The notes beneath the pieces were generated by a model. That model was not told the DNA's origin and made no database searches. It saw only the letters and a program-made list of their open reading frames with translations. 64,000 nt of DNA from Eledone cirrhosa (lineage: Eukaryota). A program made the position numbers and the translations under genes. Positions 30,001-45,000 of this stretch are shown here, one piece after another. Every line of letters begins with the position of its first letter. Position 1 is the stretch's first letter. The DNA lies in assembly GCA_964016885.1 (NCBI GenBank), contig OZ024743.1:237026001-237090000 (forward strand). The letters run 5' to 3'.

Positions 30001-33000
30001 TAGTCTGTCTAAGTCTAAAGTCTGTCTTATTATAGACAGCTACAGTATTGACAATTCTGTCTAAGATTAAAGTCTGTCTTGTTATAGACTGCTACAGTAT
30101 TGATTAGTCTGTCTAGTTCTAAAGTCTGTCTTGTTATAGACAGCTACAGTATTGATTAGTCTGTCTAAGTTTAAAGTCTTTCTTATTATAGACAGCTACA
30201 GTACTGATTAGGCTGTCTAAGTCTAAAGTGTGTCTTATTATAGACAGCTACAGTATTGACAATTCTCTCTAAGTCTAAAGTCTGTCTTATTATAGACAGC
30301 TACAGTATTGATTAGTCTGTCTAAGTCTAAAGTCTCTCTTATTATAGACAGCTACAGTACTGATTAGTCTGTCTAATTCTAAAGTCTGTCTTGTTATAGA
30401 CAGCTACAGTATTGATTAGTCTGTCTAAGTCTAAAGTCTGTTTTATTATAGACAGCTACAGTACTGATTAGTCTCTCTAAGTCTAAGGTCTGTCTTATTA
30501 TGGACAGTTACAGTACTGATTAGTCTGTCTCAGTCTAAAGTCTGTCTTGTTTTAGACAGCTAAAGTATTGATTAGTCTGTCTAAGTCTAAAGTCTGTCTT
30601 GTTATAGACAGCTACAGTATTGATTAGTCTGTCTAAGTCTAAAGTCTGTCTTATTATAGACAGCTACAGTATTGATTAGTCTGTCTAAGTCTAAAGTCTG
30701 TCTTTTTATAGACAGCTACAGTACTGATTAGTCTGTCTAAGTCTAAAGTCTGTCTTATTATAGACAGCTACAGTATTGACAATTCTGTCTAAGTCTAAAG
30801 TCTGTCTTATTATAGACAGCTACAGTATTGACAATTCTGTCTCAGTCTAAAGTCTGTCTTGTTTTAGACAGCTACAGTATTGATTAGTCTGTCTAAGTCT
30901 AAAGTATGTCTTGTTATAGACAGCTACAGTATTGATTAGTCTGTCTAACTCTAAAGTCTGTCTTTTTATAGATAGCTACAGCACTGATTAGTCTGTCTAA
31001 GTCTAAAGTCTGTCTTATTATAGACAGCTACAGTATTGCCAATTCTGTCTAAGTCTAAAGTCTGTCTTATTATAGACAGCTACAGTATTGACAATTCTGT
31101 CTCAGTCTAAAGTCTGTCTTGTTTTAGACAGCTACACTATTGATTAGTCTGTATAAGTCTAAAGTCTGTCTTGTTATAGCCAGCTACAGTATTGATTAGT
31201 CTGTCTAAGTCTAAAGTCTGTCTTATTATAGACAGCTACAGTATTGATTAGTCTGTCTAAGTCTAAAGTCTGTCTTTTTATAGACAGCTACAGTACTGAT
31301 TAGTCTGTCTAAGTCTAAAGTCTGTCTTATTATAGACAGCTACAGTATTGCCAATTCTGTCTAAGTCTAAAGTCTGTCTTATTATAGACAGCTACAGTAT
31401 TGACAATTCTGTCTCAGTCTAAAGTCTGTCTTGTTTTAGACAGCTACAGTATTGATTAGTCTGTCTCAGTCTAAAGTCTGTCTTGTTATAGACAGCTACA
31501 GTATTGATTAGTCTGTCTAAGTCTAAAGTCTGTCTTATTATAGACAGCTACAGTATTGATTAGTCTGTCTAAGTCTAAAGTCTGTCTTTTTATAGACAGC
31601 TACAGTACTGATTAGTCTGTCTAAGTCTAAAGTCTGTCTTATTATAGACAGCTACAGTATTGACAATTCTGTCTAAGTCTAAAGTCTGTCTTGTTATAAA
31701 CAGCTACAGTATTGATTAGTCTATCTAAGTCTAAAGTCTGTCATATTATAGACAGCTACAGTATTGACAATTATGTCTAAGTCTAAAGTCTGTCTTGTTA
31801 TAGACAGCTACAGTATTGATTAGTCTGTCTAAGTCTAAAGTCTGTCTTATTATAGACAGCTACAGTATTGTCAATTCTGTCTAAGTCTAAAGTCTGTCTT
31901 ATTATAGACAGCTACAGTACTGAATAGGCTGTTTAGTCTAAGGTCTGTCTTGTTATAGACAACTACAGTATTGATTAGTCTGTCTAAGTCTAAAGTCTGT
32001 CTTATTATAGACAGCTACATTATTGACTATTCTGTCTAAGTCTAAAGTGTTTTTTTATAGACAGCTACAGTACTGATTAGTCTGTCTAAGTCTAAAGTCT
32101 GTCTTGTTATAGACAGCTACAGTACTGATTAGTCTGTCTAAGTTTAAAGTCTTTCTTATTATAGACAGCTACAGTACTGATTAGTCTGTCTAAGTCTAAA
32201 GTCTGTCTTAATATAGACAGCTACAGTATTGACAATTCTCTCTGAGTCTAAAGTCTGTCTTATTATAGACAGCTACAGTATTGATTAGTCTGTTTAAGTC
32301 TAAAGTCTGTCTTATTATAGAGAGCTACAGTACTGATTAGTCTGTCTAAGTCTAAGGTCTGTCTTGTTATAGACAGCTACAGTATTGATTAGTCTGTCTA
32401 AGTCTAAAGTCTGTCTTATTATAGACAGCTACAGTATTGATTAGTCTGTCTAAGTCTAAAGTCTGTCTTATTATAGACAGCTACAGTACTGATTAGTCTG
32501 TCTAAGTCTAATGTCTGTCTTGTTATAGACAGCTACAGTATTGATTAGTCTGTCTAAGTTGAAAGTCTTTCTATTATAGACAGCTACAGTACTGATTAGT
32601 CTATCTAAGTCTAAAGTCTGTCTTATTATAGACAGCTACAGTATTGACAATTCTGTCTAAGATTAAAGTCTGTTTTGTTATAGACTGCTACGGTATTGAT
32701 TAGTCTGTCTAAGTCTAAAGTATGTCTTATTATAGACAGCTACAGTATTGATTTGTCTGTCTTATTATAGACAGTTACAGTACTGATTAGTCTGTCTAAG
32801 TCTAAAGTCTGTCTTATTATAGACAGCTACAGTATTGACAATTCTGTCTAAGTCTAAAGTCTGTCTTGTTATAGACAGCTACAGTATTGATTAGTCTGTC
32901 TAAGTCTAAAGTCTGTCTTATTATAGACAGCTACGGTACTGATTAGTCTGTCTAAGTCTAAAGTCTGTCTTATTATAAACAGCTACAGTATTGACAATTC

Positions 33001-36000
33001 TGTCTAAGTCTAAAGTATCTCTTCTTATAGACAGCTACAGTATTGATTAGTCTATCTAAGTCTAATGTCTGTCTTATTATTGACAATTACAGTATTGATT
33101 AGTCTGTTTAAGTCTAAAGTCTGTCTTATTATAGACAGCTACAGTACTGATTAGTCTGTCTAAGTTTAAAGTCTGTCTTGTTATAGACAGCTACAGTATT
33201 GTTTAGTCTGTCGAAGTCTAAAGTCTGCCTTATTATAGACAGCTACAGTATTGACGATTCTGTCTAAGTCTAAAGTCTGAGTTATTATAGACAGCTACAG
33301 TATTGATTAGTCTGTCTAAGTCTAAAGTCTGTCTTGTTATAGACAGCTACAATATTGATTAGTCTGTCTAAGTCTAAAGTCTGTCTTGTTATAGACAGTT
33401 ACAGTATTGATTAGTCTGTCTAAGTCTAAAGTCTGTCTTATTAAAGACAGCTACAGTATTGACAATTCTGTCTAAGTCTAAAGTCTGTCTTGTTATAGAC
33501 AGCTACAGTAATGATTAGTCTGTCTAAGTCTAAAGTCTGTCTTATTATGGACAGTAACAGTACTGATTAGTCTGTCTAAGTCTAAAGTCTGTCTTATTAT
33601 AGACAGCTACAGTATTGCCAATTCCGTCTAAGTGTAAAGTCTGTCCTGTTATAGACAGCTACAATATTGATTAGTCTGTCTAAGTCTAAAGTCTGTCTTA
33701 TTATAGACAGCTACAGTATTGACAATTCTGTCTAAGTCTAAAGTGTGTCTTGTTATAGACAGCTACAGTATTGATTACTCTGTCTAAGTCTAAAGTCTGT
33801 CTTATCATAGACAGCTACAGTATTGACAATTCTGTCTCAGACTAAAGTCTGTCTTGTTTTAGACAGCTACAGTATTGATTAGTCTGTCTAAGTCTAAAGT
33901 CTGTCTTGTTATAGACAGCTACAGTATTGATTAGTCTGTCTAAGTCTAAAGTCTGTCTTATTATAGACAGCTGCAGTACTGATTACTCTGTCTAAGTCTA
34001 AAGTCTGTCTTATTATAGACAGCTACAGTATTGACAATTATGTCTAAGTCTAAAGTCTGTCTTGTTATAGACAGCTACAGTATTGATTAGTCTGTCTAAG
34101 TCTAAAGTCTGTCTTATTATAGACAGCTACAGTACTGATTAGTCTGTCTAAGTCTAAAGTCTGTCTTGTTATAGACAACTACAGTATTGATTAGTCTGTC
34201 TAAGTCTAAAATCTGTCTTATTATAGACAGCTACAGTATTGACAATTCTGTCTAAGTCTAAAGTCTGTCTTCTTATAGACAGCTACAGTATTGATTAGTC
34301 TAAGTCTAAAGTCTGTCTTATCATAGACAGCTACAGTATTGACAATTCTGTCTAAGTCTAAAGTCTGTCTTATTATAGACAGCTACAGTATTGATTAGTC
34401 TGTCTAAGTTTAAAGTCTTTCTTATTATTGACGGCTACAGTACCGATTAGTCTGTCTAAGTCTAAAGTCTGTATTATTATAGACAGCTACAGTATTGACA
34501 ATTCTCTCTAAGTCGAAAGTCTGTATTATTATAGACAGCTACAGTACTGATTAGTCTGTCTAAGTCTAAAGTCTGTCTTGTTATAGAAAGTTACAGTATT
34601 GATTAGTCTGTCGAAGTCTAAAGACTGTCTTGTTATAGACAGCTACAGTATTGATTAGTCTGTCTAAGTCTAAAGTCTGTCTTATTATAGACAGCTACAG
34701 TATTGACAATTCTCTCTAAGTCTAAAGTCTGTCTTATTATAGACAGCTACAGTACTGATTAGTCTGTCTAAGTCTAAAGTCTGTCTTGTTATAGACAGCT
34801 ACAGTATTGATTAGTGTGTCTAAGTCTAAAGTCTGTCTTATTATAGAGAGCTACAGTACTGATTAGTCTGTCTAAGTCTAAAGTCTGTCTTATTATTGAC
34901 ACCTACAGTATTGATTACTCTGTCTAAGTCTAAAGTCTGTCTTGTTATAAACAGTTACAGTATTGATTAGTCTGTGTAAGTCTAAAGTCTGTCTTGTTAT
35001 ACACAGCTACAATATTTATTAGTCTGTCTAAGTCTAAAGTCTGTCTTGTTATAGACAGCTACTGTATTGATTAGTCTGTCTAAGTCTAAAGTCTGTCTTG
35101 TTATAGACAACTACAGTATTGATTAGTCTGTCTATGTCTAAAGTCTGTCTTATTATAGACAGCTACAGTATTGACAATTCTGTCTAAGTCTAAAGTGTTT
35201 TTTTATAGACAGCTACAGTATTGATTAGTCTGTCTAAGTTTAAAGTCTTTCTTAGTATAGACAGCTACAGTACTGATTAGTCTGTCTAAGTCTAAAGTCT
35301 GTCTTATTATAGACAGCTACAGTATTGACAATTCTCTCTGAGTCTAAAGTCTGTCTTATTATAGACAGCTACAGTATTGATTAGTCTGTTTAAGTCTAAA
35401 CTCTGTCTTATTATAGACAGCTACAGTACTGATCAGTTTGTCTAAGTCTAAAGTCTGTCTTGTTATAGACAGCTACAGTATTGATTAGTCTGTCTAAGTC
35501 TAAAGTCTGTCTTATTATAGACAGCTACAGTATTGATTAGTCTCTCTAAGTCTAAAGTCTGTCTTATTATAGACAGCTACAGTACTGATTAGTCTGTCTA
35601 AGTCTAAAGTATGTCTTGTTATAGACAGCTACAGTATTAATTAGTCTGTCTAAGTCTAAAGTCTGTCTTATAGACAGCTACAGTATTGACAATTATGTCT
35701 AAGTCTAAAGTCTGTCTTGTTATAGACAGCTACAGTATTGATTAGTCTGTCTAAGTCTAAAGTCTGTCTTATTATAGACAGCTACAGTATTGTCAATTCT
35801 GTCTAAGTCTAAAGTCTGTCTTATTATAGACAGCTACAGTACTGAATAGGCTGTTTAGTCTAAAGTCTGTCTTGTTATAGACAACTACAGTATTGATTAG
35901 TCTATCTAAGTCTAAAGTCTGTCTTATTATAGACAGCTACAGTATTGACAATTCTGTCTAAGTCTAAAGTGTTTTTTTTATAGACAGCTACAGTACTGAT

Positions 36001-39000
36001 TAGTCTGTCTAAGTCTAAAGTCTGTCTTGTTATAGACAGCTACAGTACTGATTAGTCTGTCTAAGTCTAATGTCTGTCTTGTTATAGACAGCTACAGTAT
36101 TGATTAGTCTGTCTAAGTTTAAAGTCTTTCTTATTATAGACAGCTACAGTACTGATTAGTCTGTCTAAGTCTAAAGTCTGTCTTAATATAGACAGCTACT
36201 GTATTGACAATTCTGTCTGAGTCTAAAGTATGTCTTATTATAGACAGCTACAGTATTGATTAGTCTGTTTAAGTCTAAAGTCTGTCTTATTATAGAGAGC
36301 TACAGTACTGATTAGTCTGTCTAAGTCTATGGTCTGTCTTGTTATAGACAGCTACAGTATTGATTAGTCTGTCTAAGTTTAAAGTCTTTCTATTATAGAC
36401 AGCTACAGTACTGATTAGTCTATCTAAGTCTAAAGTCTGTCTTATTATAGACAGCTACAGTATTGACAATTCTGTCTAAGATTAAAGTCTGTCTTGTTAT
36501 AGACTGCTACGGTATTGATTAGTCTGTCTAAGTCTAAAGTATGTCTTATTATAGACAGCTACAGTACTAATTAGTCTGTCTAAGTCAAAAGTCTGTCTTA
36601 TTATAGACAGCTACAGTACTGATTAGTCTGTCTAAGTCTAAAGTCTGTCTTATTATAGACAGCTACACTATTGACAATTCTCTCTGAGTCTAAAGTCTGT
36701 CTTATTATAGACAGCTACATTATTGACAATTCTGTCTAAGTCTAAAGTCTGTCTTATTATAGACAGCTACAATATTGACAATTCTGTCTAATTCTAAAGT
36801 CTGTCTTGTTATAGACAGCTACAGTATTGATTAGCTTGTCTAAGTTTAAAGTCTTTCTTATTATAGACAGCTACAGTACTGATTAGTCTGTCTAAGTCTA
36901 AAGTCTTTCTATTATAGACAGCTACAGTACTGATTAGTCTGTCTAAGTCTAAAGTCTGTCTTATTATAGACAGCTACAGTATTGACAATTCTGTCTAAGT
37001 CTAAAGTATCTCTTGTTATAGACAGCTACAGTATTGATTAGTCTATCTAAGTCTAAATCTGTCTTATTATAGACAGTTAGAGTATTGATTAGTCTGTCTA
37101 AGTCTAAAGTCTGTCTTATTATAGACAGCTACAGTATTGACAATTCTGTCTAAGATTAAAGTCTGTCTTGTTATAGACTGCTACAGTATTGATTAGTCTG
37201 TCTAGTTCTAAAGTCTGTCTTGTTATAGACAGCTACAGTATTGATTAGTCTGTCTAAGTTTAAAGTCTTTCTTATTATAGACAGCTACAGTACTGATTAG
37301 TCTGTCTAAGTCTAAAGTGTGTCTTATTATAGACAGCTACAGTATTGACAATTCTCTCTAAGTCTAAAGTCTGTCTTATTATAGACAGCTACAGTATTGA
37401 TTAGTCTGTCTAAGTCTAAAGTCTCTCTTATTATAGACAGCTACAGTACTGATTAGTCTGTCTAATTCTAAAGTCTGTCTTGTTATAGACAGCTACAGTA
37501 TTGATTAGTCTGTCTAAGTCTAAAGTCTGTTTTATTATAGACAGCTACAGTACTGATTAGTCTCTCTAAGTCTAAAGTCTGTCTTATTATGGACAGTTAC
37601 AGTACTGATTAGTCTGTCTCAGTCTAAAGTCTGTCTTGTTTTAGACAGCTACAGTATTGATTAGTCTGTCTAAGTCTAAAGTCTGTCTTGTTTTAGACAG
37701 CTACAGTATTGATTAGTCTGTCTAAGTCTAAAGTCTGTCTTATTATAGACAGCTACAGTATTGACGATTCTGTCTAAGTCTAAAGTCTGTCTTATTATAG
37801 ATAGCTACAGTATTGACAATTCTGTCTAAGTCTAAAGTCTGTCTTGTTATAAACAGCTAAAGTATTGATTAGTCTGTCTAAGTCTAAAGTCTGTCTTATA
37901 ATAGACAGCTACACTATTGACAATTATGTCTAAGTCTAAAGTCTGTCTTGTTATAGACAGCTACAGTATTGATTAGTCTGTCTAAGTCTGAAGTCTGTCT
38001 TACTATAGACAGCTACAGTACTGATTAGTCTGTCTCAGTCTAAAGTCTGTATTATTATAGACAGCTACAGTATTGACAATTCTGTCTAAGTCTAAAGTCT
38101 GTCTTTTTATAGACAGCTACAGTACTGATTAGTCTGTCTAAGTCTAAAGTCTGTCTTGTTATAGACAGCTACAGTACCGATTAGTCTGTCTAAGTCTAAT
38201 GTCTGTCTTGTTATAGACAGCTACAGTATTGATTAGTCTGTCTAAGTCTAAAGTCAGTGTTATTATAGACAGCTACAGTACTGATTAGTCTGTCTAAGTC
38301 TAAAGTCTGTATTATTATAGACAGCTACAGTATTGACAATTCTGTCTAAGTCTAAAGTCTGTCTTGTTATAAACAGCTACAGTATTGATTAGTCTATCTA
38401 AGTCTAAAGTCTGTCTTATTATAGACAGCTACAATATTGACAATTATGTCTAAGTCTAAAGTCTGTCTTATTATAGACAGCTACAGTATTGATTAGTCTG
38501 TTTAAGTCTAAAGTCTGTCTTATTATAGACAGCTACAGTACTGATTAGTCTGTCTAAGTTTAAAGTCTGTCTTGTTATAGACAGCTACAGTATTGTTTAG
38601 TCTGTCGAAGTCTAAAGTCTGCCTTATTATAGACAGCTACAGTATTGACGATTCTGTCTAAGTCTAAAGACTGAGTTATTATAGACAGCTACAGTATTGA
38701 TTAGTCTGTCTAAGTCTAAAGTCTGTCTTGTTATAGACAGCTACAATATTGATTAGTCTGTCTAAGTCTAAAGTCTGTCTTGTTATAGACAGTTACAGTA
38801 TTGATTAGTCTGTCTAAGTCTAAAGTCTGTCTTATTAAAGACAGCTACAGTATTGACAATTCTGTCTAAGTCTAAAGTCTGTCTTGTTATAGACAGCTAC
38901 AGTAATGATTAGTCTATCTAAGTCTAAAGTCTGTCTTATTATAGACAGCTACAATATTGACAATTATGTCTAAGTCTAAAGTCTGTCTTATTATAGACAG

Positions 39001-42000
39001 CTACAGTATTGATTAGTCTGTTTAAGTCTAAAGTCTGTCTTATTATAGACAGCTACAGTACTGATTAGTCTGTCTAAGTTTAAAGTCTGTCTTGTTATAG
39101 ACAGCTACAGTATTGTTTAGTCTGTCTAAGTCTAAAGTCTGTCTTATTATGGACAGTAACAGTACTGATTAGTCTGTCTAAGTCTAAAGTCTGTCTTATT
39201 ATAGAGAGCTACAGTACTGATTAGTCTGTCTAAGTCTAAAGTCTGTCTTATTATTGACACCTACAGTATTGATTACTCTGTCTAAGTCTAAAGTCTGTCT
39301 TGTTATAAACAGTTACAGTATTGATTAGTCTGTGTAAGTCTAAAGTCTGTCTTGTTATACACAGCTACAATATTTATTAGTCTGTCTAAGTCTAAAGTCT
39401 GTCTTGTTATAGACAGCTACTGTATTGATTAGTCTGTCTAAGTCTAAAGTCTGTCTTGTTATAGACAGTTACAGTATTGACAATTCTGTCTAAGTCTAAA
39501 GTCTGTCTTATTATAGACAGCTACAGTACTGAATAGTCTGTCTAAGTCTAAAGTCTGTCTTGTTATAGACAACTACAGTATTGATTAGTCTGTCTATGTC
39601 TAAAGTCTGTCTTATTATAGACAGCTACAGTATTGACAATTCTGTCTAAGTCTAAAGTGTTTTTTTATAGACAGCTACAGTATTGATTAGTCTGTCTAAG
39701 TTTAAAGTCTTTCTTAGTATAGACAGCTACAGTACTGATTAGTCTGTCTAAGTCTAAAGTCTGTCTTATTATAGACAGCTACAGTATTGACAATTCTCTC
39801 TGAGTCTAAAGTCTGTCTTATTATAGACAGCTACAGTATTGATTAGTCTGTTTAAGTCTAAACTCTGTCTTATTATAGACAGCTACAGTATTGACAATTA
39901 TGTCTAAGTCTAAAGTCTGTCTTGTTATAGACAGCTACAGTATTGATTAGTCTGTCTAAGTCTAAAGTCTGTCTTATTATAGACAGCTACAGTATTGTCA
40001 ATTCTGTCTAAGTCTAAAGTCTGTCTTATTATAGACAGCTACAGTACTGAATAGGCTGTTTAGTCTAAAGTCTGTCTTGTTATAGACAACTACAGTATTG
40101 ATTAGTCTATCTAAGTCTAAAGTCTGTCTTATTATAGACAGCTACAGTATTGACAATTCTGTCTAAGTCTAAAGTGTTTTTTTTATAGACAGCTACAGTA
40201 CTGATTAGTCTGTCTAAGTCTAAAGTCTGTCTTGTTATAGACAGCTACAGTACTGATTAGTCTGTCTAAGTCTAATGTCTGTCTTGTTATAGACAGCTAC
40301 AGTATTGATTAGTTTGTCTAAGTTTAAAGTCTTTCTTATTATAGACAGCTACAGTACTGATTAGTCTGTCTAAGTCTAAAGTCTGTCTTAATATAGACAG
40401 CTACTGTATTGACAATTCTGTCTGAGTCTAAAGTATGTCTTATTATAGACAGCTACAGTATTGATTAGTCTGTTTAAGTCTAAAGTCTGTCTTATTATAG
40501 AGAGCTACAGTACTGATTAGTCTGTCTAAGTCTAAGGTCTGTCTTGTTATAGACAGCTACAGTATTGATTAGTCTGTCTAAGTTTAAAGTCTTTCTATTA
40601 TAGACAGCTACAGTACTGATTAGTCTATCTAAGTCTAAAGTCTGTCTTATTATAGACAGCTACAGTATTGACAATTCTGTCTAAGATTAAAGTCTGTCTT
40701 GTTATAGACTGCTACGGTATTGATTAGTCTGTCTAAGTCTAAAGTATGTCTTATTATAGACAGCTACAGTACTAATTAGTCTGTCTAAGTCTAAAGTCTG
40801 TCTTATTATAGACAGCTACAGTATTGATTAGTCTGTCTTATTATAGACAGTTACAGTACTGATTAGTCTGTCTAAGTCTAAAGTCTGTCTTATTATAGAC
40901 AGCTACAGTACTGATTAGTCTGTCTAAGTCTAAAGTCTGTCTTATTATAAACAGCTACAGTATTGACAATTCTGTCTAAGTCTAAAGTATCTCTTCTTAT
41001 AGACAGCTACAGTATTGATTAGTCTATCTATGTCTAAAGTCTGTCTTATTATAGACAGTTACAGTATTGATTAGTCTGTCTAAGTCTAACGTCTGTCTTA
41101 CTATATACAGCTACAGTATTGACAACTCTGTCTAAGTCTAAAGTCTGTCTTGTTATAGACAGCTACAGTATTGATTAGTCTGTCTAAGTCAAAAGTCTGT
41201 CTTATTATAGACAGCTACAGTACTGATTAGTCTGTCTAAGTCTAAAGTCTGTCTTATTATAGACAGCTACACTATTGACAATTCTCTCTGAGTCTAAAGT
41301 CTGTCTTATTATAGACAGCTACATTATTGACAATTCTGTCTAAGTCTAAAGTCTGTCTTATTATAGACAGCTACAATATTGACAATTCTGTCTAATTCTA
41401 AAGTCTGTCTTGTTATAGACAGCTACAGTATTGATTAGCTTGTCTAAGTTTAAAGTCTTTCTTATTATAGACAGCTACAGTACTGATTAGTCTGTCTAAG
41501 TCTAAAGTCTTTCTATTATAGACAGCTACAGTACTGATTAGTCTGTCTAAGTCTAAAGTCTGTCTTATTATAGACAGCTACAGTATTGACAATTCTGTCT
41601 AAGTCTAAAGTATCTCTTGTTATAGACAGCTACAGTATTGATTAGTCTATCTAAGTCTAAATCTGTCTTATTATAGACAGTTAGAGTATTGATTAGTCTG
41701 TCTAAGTCTAAAGTCTGTCTTATTATAGACAGCTACAGTATTGACAATTCTGTCTAAGATTAAAGTCTGTCTTGTTATAGACTGCTACAGTATTGATTAG
41801 TCTGTCTAGTTCTAAAGTCTGTCTTGTTATAGACAGCTACAGTATTGATTAGTCTGTCTAAGTTTAAAGTCTTTCTTATTATAGACAGCTACAGTACTGA
41901 TTAGGCTGTCTAAGTCTAAAGTGTGTCTTATTATAGACAGCTACAGTATTGACAATTCTCTCTAAGTCTAAAGTCTGTCTTATTATAGACAGCTACAGTA

Positions 42001-45000
42001 TTGATTAGTCTGTCTAAGTCTAAAGTCTCTCTTATTATAGACAGCTACAGTACTGATTAGTCTGTCTAATTCTAAAGTCTGTCTTGTTATAGACAGCTAC
42101 AGTATTGATTAGTCTGTCTAAGTCTAAAGTCTGTTTTATTATAGACAGCTACAGTACTGATTAGTCTCTCTAAGTCTAAGGTCTGTCTTATTATGGACAG
42201 TTACAGTACTGATTAGTCTGTCTCAGTCTAAAGTCTGTCTTGTTTTAGACAGCTAAAGTATTGATTAGTCTGTCTAAGTCTAAAGTCTGTCTTGTTATAG
42301 ACAGCTACAGTATTGATTAGTCTGTCTAAGTCTAAAGTCTGTCTTATTATAGACAGCTACAGTATTGATTAGTCTGTCTAAGTCTAAAGTCTGTCTTTTT
42401 ATAGACAGCTACAGTACTGATTAGTCTGTCTAAGTCTAAAGTCTGTCTTATTATAGACAGCTACAGTATTGACAATTCTGTCTAAGTCTAAAGTCTGTCT
42501 TATTATAGACAGCTACAGTATTGACAATTCTGTCTCAGTCTAAAGTCTGTCTTGTTTTAGACAGCTACAGTATTGATTAGTCTGTCTAAGTCTAAAGTAT
42601 GTCTTGTTATAGACAGCTACAGTATTGATTAGTCTGTCTAAGTCTAAAGTCTGTCTTTTTATAGATAGCTACAGCACTGATTAGTCTGTCTAAGTCTAAA
42701 GTCTGTCTTATTATAGACAGCTACAGTATTGCCAATTCTGTCTAAGTCTAAAGTCTGTCTTATTATAGACAGCTACAGTATTGACAATTCTGTCTCAGTC
42801 TAAAGTCTGTCTTGTTTTAGACAGCTACACTATTGATTAGTCTGTATAAGTCTAAAGTCTGTCTTGTTATAGCCAGCTACAGTATTGATTAGTCTGTCTA
42901 AGTCTAAAGTCTGTCTTATTATAGACAGCTACAGTATTGATTAGTCTGTCTAAGTCTAAAGTCTGTCTTTTTATAGACAGCTACAGTACTGATTAGTCTG
43001 TCTAAGTCTAAAGTCTGTCTTATTATAGACAGCTACAGTATTGCCAATTCTGTCTAAGTCTAAAGTCTGTCTTATTATAGACAGCTACAGTATTGACAAT
43101 TCTGTCTCAGTCTAAAGTCTGTCTTGTTTTAGACAGCTACAGTATTGATTAGTCTGTCTCAGTCTAAAGTCTGTCTTGTTATAGACAGCTACAGTATTGA
43201 TTAGTCTGTCTAAGTCTAAAGTCTGTCTTATTATAGACAGCTACAGTATTGACAATTCTGTCTAAGTCTAAAGTGTTTTTTTTATAGACAGCTACAGTAC
43301 TGATTAGTCTGTCTAAGTCTAAAGTCTGTCTTGTTATAGACAGCTACAGTACTGATTAGTCTGTCTAAGTCTAATGTCTGTCTTGTTATAGACAGCTACA
43401 GTATTGATTAGTTTGTCTAAGTTTAAAGTCTTTCTTATTATAGACAGCTACAGTACTGATTAGTCTGTCTAAGTCTAAAGTCTGTCTTAATATAGACAGC
43501 TACTGTATTGACAATTCTGTCTGAGTCTAAAGTATGTCTTATTATAGACAGCTACAGTATTGATTAGTCTGTTTAAGTCTAAAGTCTGTCTTATTATAGA
43601 GAGCTACAGTACTGATTAGTCTGTCTAAGTCTAAGGTCTGTCTTGTTATAGACAGCTACAGTATTGATTAGTCTGTCTAAGTTTAAAGTCTTTCTATTAT
43701 AGACAGCTACAGTACTGATTAGTCTATCTAAGTCTAAAGTCTGTCTTATTATAGACAGCTACAGTATTGACAATTCTGTCTAAGATTAAAGTCTGTCTTG
43801 TTATAGACTGCTACGGTATTGATTAGTCTGTCTAAGTCTAAAGTATGTCTTATTATAGACAGCTACAGTACTAATTAGTCTGTCTAAGTCTAAAGTCTGT
43901 CTTATTATAGACAGCTACAGTATTGATTAGTCTGTCTTATTATAGACAGTTACAGTACTGATTAGTCTGTCTAAGTCTAAAGTCTGTCTTATTATAGACA
44001 GCTACAGTACTGATTAGTCTGTCTAAGTCTAAAGTCTGTCTTATTATAAACAGCTACAGTATTGACAATTCTGTCTAAGTCTAAAGTATCTCTTCTTATA
44101 GACAGCTACAGTATTGATTAGTCTATCTATGTCTAAAGTCTGTCTTATTATAGACAGTTACAGTATTGATTAGTCTGTCTAAGTCTAACGTCTGTCTTAC
44201 TATATACAGCTACAGTATTGACAACTCTGTCTAAGTCTAAAGTCTGTCTTGTTATAGACAGCTACAGTATTGATTAGTCTGTCTAAGTCAAAAGTCTGTC
44301 TTATTATAGACAGCTACAGTACTGATTAGTCTGTCTAAGTCTAAAGTCTGTCTTATTATAGACAGCTACACTATTGACAATTCTCTCTGAGTCTAAAGTC
44401 TGTCTTATTATAGACAGCTACATTATTGACAATTCTGTCTAAGTCTAAAGTCTGTCTTATTATAGACAGCTACAATATTGACAATTCTGTCTAATTCTAA
44501 AGTCTGTCTTGTTATAGACAGCTACAGTATTGATTAGCTTGTCTAAGTTTAAAGTCTTTCTTATTATAGACAGCTACAGTACTGATTAGTCTGTCTAAGT
44601 CTAAAGTCTTTCTATTATAGACAGCTACAGTACTGATTAGTCTGTCTAAGTCTAAAGTCTGTCTTATTATAGACAGCTACAGTATTGACAATTCTGTCTA
44701 AGTCTAAAGTATCTCTTGTTATAGACAGCTACAGTATTGATTAGTCTATCTAAGTCTAAATCTGTCTTATTATAGACAGTTAGAGTATTGATTAGTCTGT
44801 CTAAGTCTAAAGTCTGTCTTATTATAGACAGCTACAGTATTGACAATTCTGTCTAAGATTAAAGTCTGTCTTGTTATAGACTGCTACAGTATTGATTAGT
44901 CTGTCTAGTTCTAAAGTCTGTCTTGTTATAGACAGCTACAGTATTGATTAGTCTGTCTAAGTTTAAAGTCTTTCTTATTATAGACAGCTACAGTACTGAT